DNA of 32,000 nt from Candidatus Altimarinota bacterium (lineage in GTDB: Bacteria; Patescibacteriota; Gracilibacteria; UBA1369). The stretch spans positions 30,001 through 62,000 of the forward strand of contig JBAZYK010000010.1 in assembly GCA_041659405.1 (NCBI GenBank), given 5' to 3'. The position numbers and the translations under genes were made by a program. Below, one piece after another: positions 30,552 through 32,000 of this stretch. The notes beneath the pieces are model-generated. The model made no database searches and had not been told where the DNA came from. It worked only from the letters and a program-made list of their open reading frames with translations. The stretch's first letter is position 1. Every line of letters begins with the position of its first letter.

Positions 30552-32000
30552 TAAGGTGTGCCCGGCACGCTGAGAGTAATAGATTTTATGCCGCCTGCAT
30601 ATCCCACAGTTATGATAGTGTCGGTGGCGTTTGAAGTTGATTGAGATTGCACGCTCTGGCCATTAACGGAAGATGTGAAGTTCCCGCTGATGAGCGTTTT
30701 TGGTATGGTTATCACGGCATTGCCTGTTGTTACATTGGAGTCAGCAACCGTGAAGGTGATTGCGTGTGTAGTTGGGTTGAATGTCAGGGCCGAAACAGAA
30801 GACTCCGAACTTACGGAAATAGAATAACACTGGCCATTGGCCGGAACTGAATAATTGTAGAGAGGTTTTTGTTGTTTCAAAAAGAGTTTTTTGGAATTTG
30901 CGCTTAAGATGTTGCGGGCGGCGTTTGGGTCCAGATAAGCCAGGAGAGATTTCCAGTGTCCAACGGCATCAGCCGGGGCCCCATTAGAGATGTTGCCCGT
31001 ATAGTTGAGCCATCTTTCCAGACCATTTGAGCCACCTCCGGCATCTGAACCGAATAAAATGCGGGAGTTCCAGGTTTCAAAGAATCGCTTCCACTCTTCT
31101 TTTATTTGGCCATTATTAGATTGATCTGCGAGCAACGCCCAATTAGAGTTGGGTTGAGGCAGAGGGTTTTGCATGTTCTGAATCCCGGCCGTGTCTAAGT
31201 ACAGATTAGGATGTCGTAAGAGGAAGTCGTTGAGCGTTGCGCTGTTGAGCGGCATATTGTTGAATCCGAGATGGGCCCAGATTAAAATAGCGTCTTTGTT
31301 GTAACTCAACATTTTTTCGAAGGCGGTGTTCGCAACAGTGTCGTCAGGTACGAAGTGAAATGAGATTGGGCCGTGATATTTAGCGGACAGATTTACCAAC
31401 TGAAGCCAGAGTGGAGAATCTGCCGGAACATAGATGTTCGGCGTACCAGGGGGATAGTTATTGCCACCATAGTACCTTAGATTAGTTTCGCCTATGCCGG
31501 AAAATTTTCCTGTTTTCAATTGTGCTTCGGCAGAGGTGACGAATGTTTGACCTTGTGTGAGCCAGGTAGAGGCTTGTGGTTGGTCGGGAGTATCTGCGAA
31601 TGTTATAAATCTACCGGGGTATTTTGATATGGCGTCGAGCGATGTGAGCGAATCCGTATACAGGTTTGTCATGCTCACACCGGCCTTATTCATCTCTGAA
31701 ATTATCTGAGATGCGGTAATTGTGGATGGTACGTGGGCATGAGAATCGAAAATATCCATATGCGATGTGTCGGTAGGGCCGGTGCATGAAGTGTTTGGGG
31801 TGGATGGGGAGGTTGGGTTGGTTGGGCTGGTTGGGCTGACAATTGTGCGATAAATGATTCCGCTGATACTGCCGCGCGTCATTAAATCTGTCGGCGAGAA
31901 GATTGGCCATTTTTCTTCGAGATAGTTATTTGACTGCGCATATTTGACGTATGGTTCATACCAGCTGCCCTTTTCGACATCTTGAAAAACCGCCTGAACA
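30551..32000 (-). CDS. Extracellular amidohydrolase-2-type metal hydrolase with SLH-like N-terminal region, PT linker and Ig-like C-terminus; 5' end outside the window
   Basis: The frame is open to base 31999: VQAVFQDVEKGSWYEPYVKYAQSNNYLEEKWPIFSPTDLMTRGSISGIIYR is SLH-like (F.DV...W...YV......F.P....TR). Next comes the PT-rich linker SPTSPTNPTSPSTP, then DIFDSHAHV...ILFGSDAGGG (TIM-barrel amidohydrolase motifs). The C-terminal ~100 aa are beta-rich and Ser/Thr-rich. Confidence 0.75.
   Translation of the reverse strand, partial: VQAVFQDVEKGSWYEPYVKYAQSNNYLEEKWPIFSPTDLMTRGSISGIIYRTIVSPTSPTNPTSPSTPNTSCTGPTDTSHMDIFDSHAHVPSTITASQIISEMNKAGVSMTNLYTDSLTSLDAISKYPGRFITFADTPDQPQASTWLTQGQTFVTSAEAQLKTGKFSGIGETNLRYYGGNNYPPGTPNIYVPADSPLWLQLVNLSAKYHGPISFHFVPDDTVANTAFEKMLSYNKDAILIWAHLGFNNMPLNSATLNDFLLRHPNLYLDTAGIQNMQNPLPQPNSNWALLADQSNNGQIKEEWKRFFETWNSRILFGSDAGGGSNGLERWLNYTGNISNGAPADAVGHWKSLLAYLDPNAARNILSANSKKLFLKQQKPLYNYSVPANGQCYSISVSSESSVSALTFNPTTHAITFTVADSNVTTGNAVITIPKTLISGNFTSSVNGQSVQSQSTSNATDTIITVGYAGGIKSITLSVPGTP

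Noticed and set aside
31686-31910. 74-aa ORF overlapping the amidohydrolase N-terminal region
   Set aside because: It is an alternative-frame reading of the PT-linker repeat DNA. The main frame is open to the window edge and has recognisable domains.
1-32000. Scan for CRISPR arrays, IS elements/transposases, integrases, reverse transcriptases, rRNA, intact tRNAs and stop-codon reassignment
   Set aside because: I saw no regularly spaced direct repeats, no transposase-, integrase- or RT-like ORFs, and no rRNA-like conserved blocks. All long genes terminate normally with TAA or TGA under the standard code, so there is no evidence of UGA recoding.

Overview
Gene-dense, AT-leaning bacterial chromosome segment. 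My inference, not a database result, is a small-genome Patescibacteria/CPR-like organism. The reasons are an archaeal-type NMN adenylyltransferase, many orphan proteins, low-complexity insertions in housekeeping enzymes, tightly abutting genes and no visible Shine-Dalgarno motifs. The standard genetic code fits all long ORFs. Core genes I recognise: pheT (partial) and pheS, hup, topA, a phosphohexomutase, an NMNAT, nadE, smpB, asnS-like, maf, an MsbA-type ABC exporter and an AlkD-like repair protein. Between them sit accessory or unexplained blocks: (1) an exported GH1 glycosidase, a divergent 407-aa orphan and a solo antitoxin-like ORF; (2) a DinJ/YafQ-type toxin-antitoxin cassette flanked by a tRNA-3'-end look-alike and a perfect palindrome; (3) a putative cell-surface block, with a Gly-rich orphan, a 953-aa secreted protein carrying G[WY]AW..N.GW[IV]SF-type repeats, and a convergent processive GT2 synthase with the phosphohexomutase; (4) a two-gene unknown + DUF2188-like operon; (5) three GC-richer orphan genes, two of them single-pass membrane proteins ending in a similar W-[DG]-E-(E)-P tail; (6) an SLH-like amidohydrolase translationally coupled to a polytopic membrane protein. 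I saw no rRNA, intact tRNA, CRISPR array, transposase or integrase. The candidates I rank highest for something undescribed are blocks (5) and (3). Both rest on sequence reading and inference only. Two intergenic arrays of four consecutive stem-loops and a structured leader in front of the phosphohexomutase gene are also unexplained.
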